From Octopus sinensis (taxonomy: Eukaryota), in NCBI RefSeq assembly GCF_006345805.1, contig NC_043010.1, forward strand, positions 6,386,001 to 6,450,000: a DNA stretch of 64,000 bases, read 5' to 3'. The translations under genes and the position numbers were made by a program. This document shows positions 15,026 to 26,634 of this stretch, one piece after another (within the stretch, counting starts at the first letter, position 1; every line of letters starts with the position of its first letter). The notes under the pieces are model-generated. The model was not told where the DNA came from. It saw only the letters and a list, made by a program, of their open reading frames with translations, and ran no database searches.

Positions 15026-15804
15026 AGAAGCTGCAAAGACAGATATGCAGTTGGGCCAAAAGCGATGCACAAAATAAGTTCAATACTCTCTGGATTTGTC
15101 ACAGATATGCTTCAATTTTTCTAAAATTGAATAAAATAAATAAAAATAATGATGACTACACACATACTTGTCCATGATGAACAAAATGAATAATGATAAT
15201 AACAATAACATAACATGTAAAATGGCAAACGTTTTGGTGCAGGACTTTTAGCCCACCTTGCACGTACATACACAATTATTTATGTTTCAATATGTGTGTA
15301 GACTGTATATACTTGCTTTTACAGTGAGAATTTTTTTTTTTCCACTCCTAAACTATATTGAAATTCAAAGCTGTAGCAGTATAAAATAAAAGCTGGAGAT
15401 GTTCACGTTGAAGAGACCATTCCAAGAGTTATTAAAGCCAAAGCTAAGTGATTCTCACAGGAGAAAAATATATAAAATTTCACCAAAAAACATTACTCGG
15501 TGGGAATGCTTTTTCATGAAATCTAAACACCAGAGACATTCAGGAACAGAAACTTTACAAACAACTCAAATCATAGGAAATATTTTTTGAATTATTGTAC
15601 AACAATTGCAGCAACTTGTATGTTGATGTATTGCTGGTTTCTTACTAAGACAATGCAAATATTTATTCAAATATTCAATTTGACTTACTTTAGGATACAC
15701 TAAATTTAACTGATCCTAGATGACTTATAGATATACATATATACTACTACTACTACTACTATACTACTACTACTACTACTACTACTACTAATAATAATAA
15801 TAAT

Positions 15805-15845
<41 letters not shown>

Positions 15846-16522
15846 TAATAATAATAATAATAATAATAATGATAATAATAAAATGCCCTGATGCAATACC
15901 AGGCAGTGGCTCTCATGGCTTCTGATCTTAACTGATTGGAAGTGTTATCATGTACATTGTTTTGTATTGGTATAAAAGATGGGCTACAGCAAATATTCTG
16001 CTCAATACCACAGATTTGCATGTCAGTTGTTTGACCTTAACCAGTTGAGCATGTCCTTAGGGCTGACGATATGTGCATCTCTGATCACGAGCAGAAGTAG
16101 TGGGGGAGCATCATAGCCATGTGTTGAGAGGAATTCTTTGGGGTTTGAATAATTCACTCTGGAAACATGGGTGGTTCTTTTCAACATCCTTAAACAACCC
16201 TTATTCAGGACCTTTTGAGCGGGATGGGCTACTCAACCTGAAGAAAATTCTAACTGGGCCCCACGCAAGGTCATGTGCTGTTTATCTTGATATGAGATCA
16301 CCATGTCGCGCACATATGGTGTGATGCATGTGCCTGGTGTACCTTTATCAGACGTTGTGCCTGGTGTACCTTTATCAGACGTTGTGCACATATAGTTATG
16401 ATGCATGTACCTGGTGTACCCTTATCAGATGTGTAGTCATGATGGGTATACTGGGCTTAGTATATTTTATCCCATGATGGCATGCATTGCCCTCTCACTC
16501 AATAATAATAATAGTAATAATA

Positions 16523-16566
<44 letters not shown>

Positions 16567-17242
16567 TAATAGGCAAAGGGTTAATTGATAACATTAGCCA
16601 TAGAATTTGACTGGTACTTTATTTTATCAACCCCAGAAGGATGAAGGATAAATTTGATCTCAGCAGGATTTGATCTTGGAATGTAAAGAGCAAAGCAATT
16701 TTTCTGATGACCTAATGATTCTGTGAATCCATCTCTTTAAATGTTGACGATGATGATGATGATTTGGTAATAAAATGTGTAGATTTGAACTAAGCTAGTG
16801 AATGGAAATGCCAAATGAGCAAACAATGAAATCAGTTGAGAAAAGGCTGTGGTATAAGTATTTGGGAATACTTCTAGGCAAGTAAACTGCCAGGAGGGAG
16901 TATACAAGGAGAGTGAGGGAAACATTACGATCAAGGTTGAATTCAAGAAATGTTATTGAAGCAATTAATTCAAGAGCGGTGCCATCTATCAGGAGCTGGA
17001 AATGTGAACTGGACAAAATGCGAAATGTGGAAATTTAACAGAGAAACTAGAAATCTGCTGATTATGTATGAAGTCCATCACCTGAAAGCTGATATCAGCT
17101 GGTTGTACTTGAAGAGTCACCAGGGCAGAAGAGGTTTAATTGGTGTGCTGGAATATGTGCAAGGGGAATGAAACAGCTTGCTTAATTATTTGCAGAACAT
17201 CTCAAAAAAGTTACTAAAGGCAGTGAATAAAGAACAGGTGAT

Positions 17243-17368
17243 TGGCATTAGGAAGGGCATCCAGCCGTAGAAACACTGCCAGATCAGACTGGGCCTGATG
17301 CAGCCTTCTGGCTTCACAGACCCCAGTTGAACCGTCCAACCCATGCTAGCATGGAAAGCGGACGCTAA

Positions 17369-17399
<31 letters not shown>

Positions 17400-17400
17400 C
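17243..17400 (+). mobile_element. 3' part of a short retroposon (family C: ...catgctagcatggaaagcggacg-(GAT)n tail) inserted in the R4-like relic
   Basis: Same sequence recurs at about 37865-37995, 39460-39510 and inverted at about 58490-58522. Confidence 0.75.
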
Positions 17401-17636
17401 GACTGGAGAAGGAGAAAAGGAGAAAAATGAAATTCAAAGAAAACATATTAAATGGATTGAAGAGAAACCTTTACATGACCAGTTTTGAAAAGCCATCGAG
17501 GAGGTATGTGGGACAAAATCTTGGGCCTGGTTGTAAAAAGGACAAATGAAAAAAGAAATGGACAGCCTTATTCTAGCTACTCAAGATCATGCACTGCAAA
17601 CAAAGAACTTAGAATGCTTCAGGTTATACCAGGGAG

Positions 17637-18790
17637 GCATTCTAAGTTCTTTGTTTGCAATGCATGATCTTGTTGGTATCAAATTTCTGGCAAGCGGGTG
17701 GTCGCTTGATGCTGCAGAGCCGCATCTTGATCTTGGCAACCAGAAGTTCATGGTCAGATCCACATATTTTGGTCATATTATGTAGAGAAAATCCATCATG
17801 CTTGGAATGGTCAGTGGCAAGAGAGGAAGAGGCCGACCAAGAACCCACTGGCTTGACACCATCAAGAGTGACATTATGTAGAGAAAATCCCTGGAGAAGG
17901 ACATCATGCTTGGAATGGTCAGTGGCAAGAGAGGAAGAGGCCGACCAAGAACCCACTGGCTTGACACCATCAAGAGTGACATTATGTAGAGAAAATCCAT
18001 CATGCTTGGAATGGTCAGTGGCAAGAGAGGAAGAGGCCGACCAAGAACCCACTGGCTTGACACCATCAAGAGTGACATTATGTAGAGAAAATCCCTGGAG
18101 AAGGACATCATGCTTGGAATGGTCAGTGGCAAGAGAGGAAGAGGCCGACCAAGAACCCACTGGCTTGACACCATCAAGAGTGACATTATGTAGAGAAAAT
18201 CCATCATGCTTGGAATGGTCAGTGGCAAGAGAGGAAGAGGCCGACCAAGAACCCACTGGCTTGACACCATCAAGAGTGACATTATGTAGAGAAAATCCAT
18301 CATGCTTGGAATGGTCAGTGGCAAGAGAGGAAGAGGCCGACCAAGAACCCACTGGCTTGACACCATCAAGAGTGACATTATGTAGAGAAAATCCATCATG
18401 CTTGGAATGGTCAGTGGCAAGAGAGGAAGAGGCCGACCAAGAACCCACTGGCTTGACACCATCAAGAGTGACATTATGTAGAGAAAATCCCTGGAGAAGG
18501 ACATCATGCTTGGAATGGTCAGTGGCAAGAGAGGAAGAGGCCGACCAAGAACCCACTGGCTTGACACCATCAAGAGTGACATTATGTAGAGAAAATCCAT
18601 CATGCTTGGAATGGTCAGTGGCAAGAGAGGAAGAGGCCGACCAAGAACCCACTGGCTTGACACCATCAAGAATGACATGGGAATGGCCATAGCCAATCTG
18701 AAAGAAGCGACCCAGGATAGAACTGGCCGGAGGACACTGATCCATCGAGTAACCGAGAGTCGACTTTGACTGAGCGGATAGATAGATAGA
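17637..18790 (+). mobile_element. 5'-truncated, 5'-inverted RTE (BovB-like) LINE insertion with internal tandem amplification
   Basis: Plus frame YFGHIM*RKSLEKDIMLGMVSGKRGRGRPRTHWLDTIKNDMGMAIANLKEATQDRTGRRTLIHRVTESRL is an RTE ORF C-terminus, followed by a (GATA)n tail. Minus strand 17666-17764 gives CGSDHELLVAKIKMRL, the end of the APE endonuclease. TSD tataccaRggag at 17625-17636 and 18791-18802. Confidence 0.9.
17777..18676 (+). repeat. Tandem array of 9 units (96 bp x6, 108 bp x3; order S-L-S-L-S-S-S-L-S)
   Basis: Unit starts at 17777, 17873, 17981, 18077, 18185, 18281, 18377, 18473, 18581. Long units carry the extra ctggagaaggac. The only substitution seen is g/a near the end of the last unit. 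Confidence 0.97.
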
Positions 18791-19396
18791 TATACCAAGG
18801 AGAATATAACAAATGGGGATATAACCAGATTGTAAATTTTTTACACTGGAGGCTGATTCAAAAATGGTGGGCTTGAAGCAATAAGAACATGGTACAATCA
18901 TTGGGTAGAAAGAGCACTTTGAGGTAGAAACATGCAAATATTGTGAAATTTTCCCATTTAAATGGATATGAAGATGGAAGATAGCAAGCAAGATATATAC
19001 AGTAACAGACAAAGAAAACTAAATTTGCTAACTGATTTATCCATAATCTCCATTTAAAGTTGTGACTGTGCAGAAAGCAGATGAAAGTTGTAAAAACAAA
19101 ACCCCTTAAAATTTGAGATTGCAATGATTTGGAGCATGAAATTTGTGAAGATTGTTCCCATGGAGACTGTGAATGATGAAGTAGACAAATGGATAAAGGA
19201 GAACTAAACAGAGTGTCCTACAAATTTTCTACAGGTTTGCTTCTTAGGAACAGGAAAGACCATCAGAAGGGTTTTAAAGCACTTAATGGATTATTGAAAT
19301 CATTAGTAACACACATAAATTCCATAAGGAATATGAACAACCTTGAGTCAAGATAATAATAATAATAATGATAATGATAATATAATAATAATAATA

Positions 19397-19609
19397 ATGG
19401 CTTCGAACTTTGGCACAATGCCAGCATATTTTTCGATAGGGGAGGAAAAGTCATTACATCAGTACTCCACTGGTACTTATTTTATCAACCCTGAAAGGAT
19501 GAAAGGCAACGTGGGCCTCAACGGAATTTGAACTCAGAATGTAAGGACCAAGAAGAAATGCTACTAAGCATTTAATTCGATGCTTTGATGATTTTTGCCA
19601 GCTCACCAC

Positions 19610-19648
<39 letters not shown>

Positions 19649-19877
19649 TAATAATAAGAAGAAGAAGAAGAAAGAAGAAGAAGAAGAAGAAGAAAGAAGA
19701 AGAAGAAAATAATAATAAAATAATAATAATATAATAATAATAATAATAACGATAATGATAATGATAATAATAATATAATAAAATAATAATAATAATAATA
19801 TAATAATAATAATAATAATAAAATAATAATAATTATAATGATAATATAATAATAATGATAATGATAATAATAATAAT

Positions 19878-19968
<91 letters not shown>

Positions 19969-20008
19969 TAATAATAATTTAATGATGATAATGATAATAA
20001 TAATGATG

Positions 20009-20044
<36 letters not shown>

Positions 20045-20742
20045 GTAATAATAATAATAATAATAATAGCAACAATAATCATGATGGACTCTCTTGAAGA
20101 TGATGTATGAGCATTCAGCTTTTGCCAGATGATCTGCACAAATGATTTGCCTATAGTGATCAAATGTTTGTGATGCACATTAGTTCACTCTCTTCATCAA
20201 ATTGATGTTACCTGAACAGGTGCATTGTGTACCACATGATAAGTTTTGGAGTGATTGCAAAGCAACATGAGATGAAGTGTTTTGCTCAAGAATGCACCGC
20301 ATCACCTAGTCTAGGAATTGAAACCATGATGTCGTGACTTTGAGTGCAACACCCTAACCACTAAGCCATGCACCCTTGTAATGATAATCATAATAACAAT
20401 GATGATAATATCAATAATAATAATAATGGCTTCGAACTTTGGCACAATGCCAGCAATATTTTTCGATAGGGGAGGAAAAGTCAATTACATCAGTACTCCA
20501 CTGGTACTTATTTTATCAACCCTGAAAGGATGAAAGGCAACGTGGGCCTCAACGGAATTTGAACTCAGAATGTAAGGACCAAGAAGAAATGCTACTAAGC
20601 ATTTAATTCGATGCTTTGATGATTTTTGCCAGCTCACCACAATAATAATAATAATAATAATAATATAATAATAATATAATAATATAATAAGAAGAAGAAG
20701 AAGAAGAAGAAGAAAGAAGAAGAAGAAAGAAGAAGAAGAAAA

Positions 20743-20817
<75 letters not shown>

Positions 20818-20822
20818 TAATA

Positions 20823-20864
<42 letters not shown>

Positions 20865-20935
20865 TATAATGATAATAATAATAATAATGATAATGATAAT
20901 AATAATAATTATAATGATAATAATAAAGATAATAA
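19397..20935 (+). repeat. Direct duplication of an old SINE plus compound microsatellite (copies start at 19397 and 20426)
   Basis: About 214 bp of unique sequence identical except two 1-nt A indels; following TAA/GAA/GAT mosaic also repeated. Confidence 0.9.
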
Positions 20936-21844
20936 TTAAAGGACAACTTTGATTTGTTTGAATCAATGAAGTTTTGCAAAATGCCATTGAAAACAAAAAA
21001 AAATAATCAAGTTGTTTGTAAGACTGGAAGCAATTATTTTGTTTACTGATCTAAGAGTAGCATCAATGGAGAAAAATGTGGTGAAATATGGAATTGTCAG
21101 TATAAGGAGTCAGTAGGGTTTGGTAGAGGAAAATATTAATTAAGAAACATATAAAGACATGGTTAAAATGTTAAAACCCGAGGGATTTTCTTGTGTATTC
21201 GTGTATTTTACTCATTGTTAACTTTATCATAACGGCAACGTGAAACAAAAAGAAAAAAGCCTTTTGCTCTTTTAACAAAAGAATTTGATTTGTATACGGT
21301 GTTATTTGACGCCAAAGTCATTATTTCCTTTTCCACAAGAATGACTTGAAGAATACGAAACACATTCACTCTCACACGCATACATCTACGCACTCAAAAA
21401 TATGCGTTCAATTACACACATGTACATGTATTTAGATACACAAGCTTGTACATTCATGCACACTTTTAGAATATCACTGTCTCTTTTTTTTTTGCCTTGT
21501 TGACCTTTACTTTTTCTTTGAAAATATTGTATAATAATAATTAGTATAGAAATTTCTTTATACTTCATAATATTCATTTTGAATGTAATGTTGCATTTTA
21601 TTTTTAAGAAATTAATCATGCAAAATAAATTTTTCAAATCTATTATTTTTTTTCAGAATACATATTTAACATCTTAATATCTCTTCGAGATGAGCCATTA
21701 TTATAATATAGAGTGAGCTTACTATACCTCTGCTTCTGTGCTTGTATATCTGCTCTACATTTTTAATATTATTACTGTTGTTCAGGCCTTGTGCCTATAG
21801 CAGAAAGGATTATTATTACCATTGCTGTTGTTGTTCTTGTTGTT

Positions 21845-21857
21845 ACTATTATTATTA

Positions 21858-21894
<37 letters not shown>

Positions 21895-21920
21895 ATTATT
21901 ATCATTATTATTATATTATT

Positions 21921-21953
<33 letters not shown>

Positions 21954-22104
21954 CTATTATTATTATTATAATCATTATTATTATTATTATTATTACTATT
22001 ATTATTATTATTATTATTATTATATTATTATTATTATTATTATTATAATATTATTATTATATTATTATTATTATTATAATTAATTATTATTATTTGTGTG
22101 TTAC

Positions 22105-22150
<46 letters not shown>

Positions 22151-22157
22151 ATTATTA

Positions 22158-22199
<42 letters not shown>

Positions 22200-22341
22200 T
22201 ATTATTACTATTATTATTATTATAATCATTATTATTATTATTATTATTATTACTATTATTATATTATAATCATTTTTATTATTATTATTATTCTATTATT
22301 ATTATTATGATTATTATTATTATTATTATTATTATATTATA

Positions 22342-22372
<31 letters not shown>

Positions 22373-22399
22373 TAATTATTATTATTATTATTATATATT

Positions 22400-22442
<43 letters not shown>

Positions 22443-22450
22443 TTATTATG

Positions 22451-22493
<43 letters not shown>

Positions 22494-22505
22494 ATTATTA
22501 TAATC

Positions 22506-22536
<31 letters not shown>

Positions 22537-22562
22537 ATTAGTATTATTATTACTACTACTAC

Positions 22563-22595
<33 letters not shown>

Positions 22596-22812
22596 ATATT
22601 ATTATTATTTATTATTATTACTACTACTACTATTAGTATTATTATTACTACTACTACTATTATATTATTATTATTATTATTTATAATTATTATTATTATT
22701 ATTATATTATAATTATTATTATATTATTATTATAATTATTATTATTATAATTATTATTATTATTATTATTATTACTATTATTATTATTACTATTATTATT
22801 ATTATTATTATT
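21845..22812. repeat. About 1-kb (TTA)n/(CTA)n trinucleotide mosaic
   Basis: Direct reading. Confidence 0.97.
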
Positions 22813-23331
22813 CCTCTTTAGTCATTAGTTGTGTTATGCATTTGTAGTCAGAGACACACATACACACACGTATATACACACACACGCACGCACGCATGCA
22901 CACATACACACACACACACACACACTCACCATGAAGTTAGCCAGGCAACAAATTAATTGAATTATTGAAAAGAAATGATAGAAACAAAAATAATCATTCA
23001 AGCGTTTTTCGAAGTTTTCATACATTTAGTGTTTTACTTATGGGAAGAGTTTCAATGAATTTCAGTGTTAACCTAACAATGCATGGATATGTATATATGT
23101 ATGTGTGCATGTGTGTGTTCCTGTGTGTGTGTGCATGCATGTATGTCTATATATACATGTGTATATGTATGTATACATACATGTACGTATTTGAATGTAC
23201 ATATATATATATATGTAGGTGTATATATGTTTATATGTATATGCATATATGTATATACATTTATACATACATAAAATACATTATACATATATATGTATAT
23301 ACATACATATTTACATATATATGTGTGTGTG

Positions 23332-23384
<53 letters not shown>

Positions 23385-23609
23385 GTGTGTATATGCACAT
23401 ATATCTATGTACATACATATACACACATGTATATATACTTATAAATACGTATATATTATATATATATAAACACACACACATATGATATATATACATATAT
23501 ATAAATATGTACATGACTGTATCTATTAGCTATCTATCTCCTTAATTATCTATCTATCTACCTGTCTATCTATCTATCTATCTATCTATCTATATATATA
23601 TATATAATA

Positions 23610-23658
<49 letters not shown>

Positions 23659-23679
23659 ATATACATACATATATATTAG

Positions 23680-23906
23680 TTATTTACTACCCACAAGGGG
23701 CTAAACACAGAGGACAAACAAGGACAGACAAATGGATTAAGTCGATTATATCGACTCCAGTGCGTAACTGGTACTTAATTTATCAACCCCGAAAGGATGA
23801 AAGGCAAAGTCGACCTCAGTGGAATTTGAACCCAAAACGTAATGGCAGACGAAATACGGCTATGCTTTTCGGCCGGCATGCTAATGTTTCTACCAGCTCG
23901 CCACCT
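23680..23906 (-). mobile_element. tRNA-derived SINE family B
   Basis: Head ggtggcgagctggtagaaacattagc, B box gggttcaaattcc, core gtcgactttgcctttcatcctttcgggg. Confidence 0.85.
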
Positions 23907-23916
23907 TATGCATACA

Positions 23917-23952
<36 letters not shown>

Positions 23953-23957
23953 TATAT

Positions 23958-24066
23958 ATGGATCAAAACAGTTTGATTCAAAATTCTTTGGTGCTCAGAG
24001 TTTCAAATGTGTTCACACTTGAAACTCTGAATACCAACGAATTTGAATCAAAGTGTTTTGTTCCAT
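23958..24066. repeat. Imperfect palindrome, about 50-bp stem
   Basis: atggatcaaaacagtttgattcaaaattctttggtgctcagagtttcaa pairs with ttgaaactctgaataccaacgaatttgaatcaaagtgttttgttccat. Confidence 0.9.
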
Positions 24067-24175
24067 TCATATAACTCCCGATAAATGTGTTGATTGCTCT
24101 TCTTTCATTTGTCCATTCACTTGTGTATGTATGTGTATATATATAATATATATGTGTATATATATATATATATAT

Positions 24176-24280
<105 letters not shown>

Positions 24281-26634
24281 TATATATATTCAAATACACA
24301 CACACACACATATATATATTTAAATACACACACATGCACACACTCATAATTTAATGTTTTGCTTTGCTTTCTGTTCCTAATCAAACAACCAACAATTGTT
24401 ATCTGAGTAAACTTATTGTCCAAAATGAAGACTGCATGCCTGAAATCTAAAGCCTGACACAATACGATATGCTTTGCTACTTATCTTACAAACTGACACT
24501 TGATAAATTAACAGAGTTAAAGGTACAAGTCGAGAGTTGTGGTTATTTTTCTACAGCTTGAAGTCTTCTGTCTTTATGTTAGGCCAAACGGACATATCTA
24601 TTTATGATTGATCATCCATCTTTTTTCTTATATGTAACACAGATGTGTCTTCCACTTTGGTTGGTAAAGATACTTACGTATTGATAGGATATAAGTCTTC
24701 TAATTCTTTCTTTATATAGAATCCTGAATGTTTTTCTCATGACCTGAACTCATGCACATCAATTTTCATCAATTATGTTGTTGTGACAAAATATCAATGA
24801 AGACACAATCTGCCACATAACACCATCAAATAATAATATAATCTATGAACGATATACCATATATGTTTCTTAATATTATTTCTTTAATTTAGGCACAAGA
24901 CCAGAAGCTTTTGAGGAGAGGGGGAGCGAAGCTGATATTATCAGCCATAGTACTAGACTGGAATCTTTTTTCTTTTTCACTCCTGGAGGGATGATAGGTA
25001 AAGTTAATCGTGGTAGGATTTGACACCAGAATGAACAGAGCTGAAAAAAATACTGCAAGGCAAGTTTACCCATTTCTCTAACACTCTGGTGATCCAGCAA
25101 CCTTTTTCAGCAATCCTCCATTTATTTTGATATAATTTTAAATAAATGAAACTTTTTTTTTTGGTTAATTGAGCCATGTAATTATTTTGTAGGAAGGATT
25201 AAAAAAGGAATTATCAGGGATGCATTCTGCAAAGAAGCCATACAGTGAAGTTGATGCTTACATACTTATTGTATTGAGGAATTAAATTTTATTTGATAAA
25301 ACTTTCACACATAATGAGAAGAAAGAATTATTTCCATTAATGATAAATTCTGATCAAGAGAGACAGCTTTTAATTAAACTTGAATTAATTAAAAATGGAA
25401 TAAAGACAATTCAGTGGGGTATGAGTTTATAAATCTTTCATGTTATCTTTGTCTAGCTGTACTGCTGAGACTATTCACTGAGGAGGTTTAATAAGATAGA
25501 AGCATGTGCAAGTTATTATCATACATCTTTAGATAAAAAAATAACTTCTCAATGCATTTCCTATATTCTATTTTTTAATTAATTTTAATCAAAATCCAGG
25601 TTTGTCTCTCTTGTCCTTTTTATAACGAGAATTGTTCATTCAGCTAATGATTAGTTCTCTTCATCACATGTGATTTTAACTCATTAAAATTCTTTTGTCT
25701 ATCACAATAAGTATATTAGTATCAACATTACTAACTATTTAGTTATCCTAGTATTTTTATCAAGTTTTGCTCAAAAAGGCCCAAAATGAAGCAGTTACTC
25801 TTTAAACTATGGTGCTTCTCTTAATATACCAGTGTATGTGACCTTTTTTTATTTTTAATTTTTAATTTTTACACTGCTTTGTCAGAGGATTAAAAACAGC
25901 ACCAACTATTTTTACAAGGCCTCCAAGACTTTTGAGAGAATAAGGAGAAAGAGGGAGAGAGAGAGAGAGAGAGCGAAAGAGAGAGAGAGCGAAAGAGAGA
26001 GAGAGAGAGAGAGATGTTATTCTCACTCCACTGATCTGAACTGAATGCTTACAAACAAATTGGACTCTATTTAAAGCACTCAAGGACCAGAAACTGGCAT
26101 TAAATCAGGTGATGGATTGAGTCTACCACCCAAGATCAGAAATGATCATTCTGACAGGCTTCCACACAGTTTCTAATTACTAAATTTCACTCTTGAAGCT
26201 TAGGCAAATCCAAGATTATTGTAGAAGGCACTTGCTCAAGGTTGCTGTGTAGTGGATTTGAACCTGGTATTACAAAGTTGCAAAGCAAACTTTTTAACCA
26301 GATGACTATGCATTCAACTTTGTTAACCCCTCTGACAAAATTAGTTAATAAATCTTACACAATTAAAACCTATATGGAAGAGTGAACATCATGTCTGAGA
26401 GGTTTTATAATGTGAATAAGATTTTAGCAGTCCACTCAATATATTTAGATAGATATATCTTGATCATTAATATAATTGATTTATGCTTTCCGCTGAATTT
26501 CTCTGCAAAATCTACCATCTATTTTTGAGATATATTTTATATATTTTCTTTCTTTCTTTTTTTTTTCGTATAGAACAATTTGATTTGGAATATTCTTCAA
26601 CATCATTTGAACAGAAATTAATGAAAGCTCTTAC

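Larger units (their letters stand above)
16760..19352 (+). mobile_element. Decayed R4/Dong-clade non-LTR retrotransposon (end of RT plus REL endonuclease), interrupted by nested insertions
   Basis: Broken frames give YKYLGIL (16853), REYTRRVR, GAGNVNWT, HHLKADISWLYLKSHQGRRGLI, KPLHDQF, KSWAWL*KGQMKKEMDSLILATQDHALQT, and after 18790 YQGEYNK, FLHWRL, EIAMIWSMKFVKIVP, LQVCFLGTGKTIRRVL, followed by a (TAA)n tail. These match R4/Dong C-terminal motifs from memory. Confidence 0.8.

Noticed and set aside
297-16021. Numerous Y/I/C/V/M/H/T-rich short ORFs here and throughout the window
   Set aside because: All are translations of TA, TG, TATG and TAA repeats or SINE bodies (MSSNARG..., MLGGQTQ... recur with each family A copy)
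17891-17902. 12-bp indel reads GT...AG on the minus strand, like a micro-intron
   Set aside because: Far below spliceosomal intron size, and the indel boundary is ambiguous by 1 nt; treated as coincidence apart from its acceptor role
17777-18676. CRISPR-like repeat array
   Set aside because: No unique spacers, eukaryotic context, and units are LINE-derived
17642-19012. Overlapping 456-, 345- and 341-aa ORFs as stand-alone repeat-protein genes
   Set aside because: Unit lengths are multiples of 3, so several stop-free frames arise automatically. The ancestral coding frame is the RTE one and has a stop in every unit. Only the splice-in scenario is kept as a hypothesis.
26512-26634. Last 40 codons of the 832-aa ORF as the true C-terminus
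   Set aside because: They follow a consensus donor and are AT-rich with a poly-A/T run, so most likely intronic read-through
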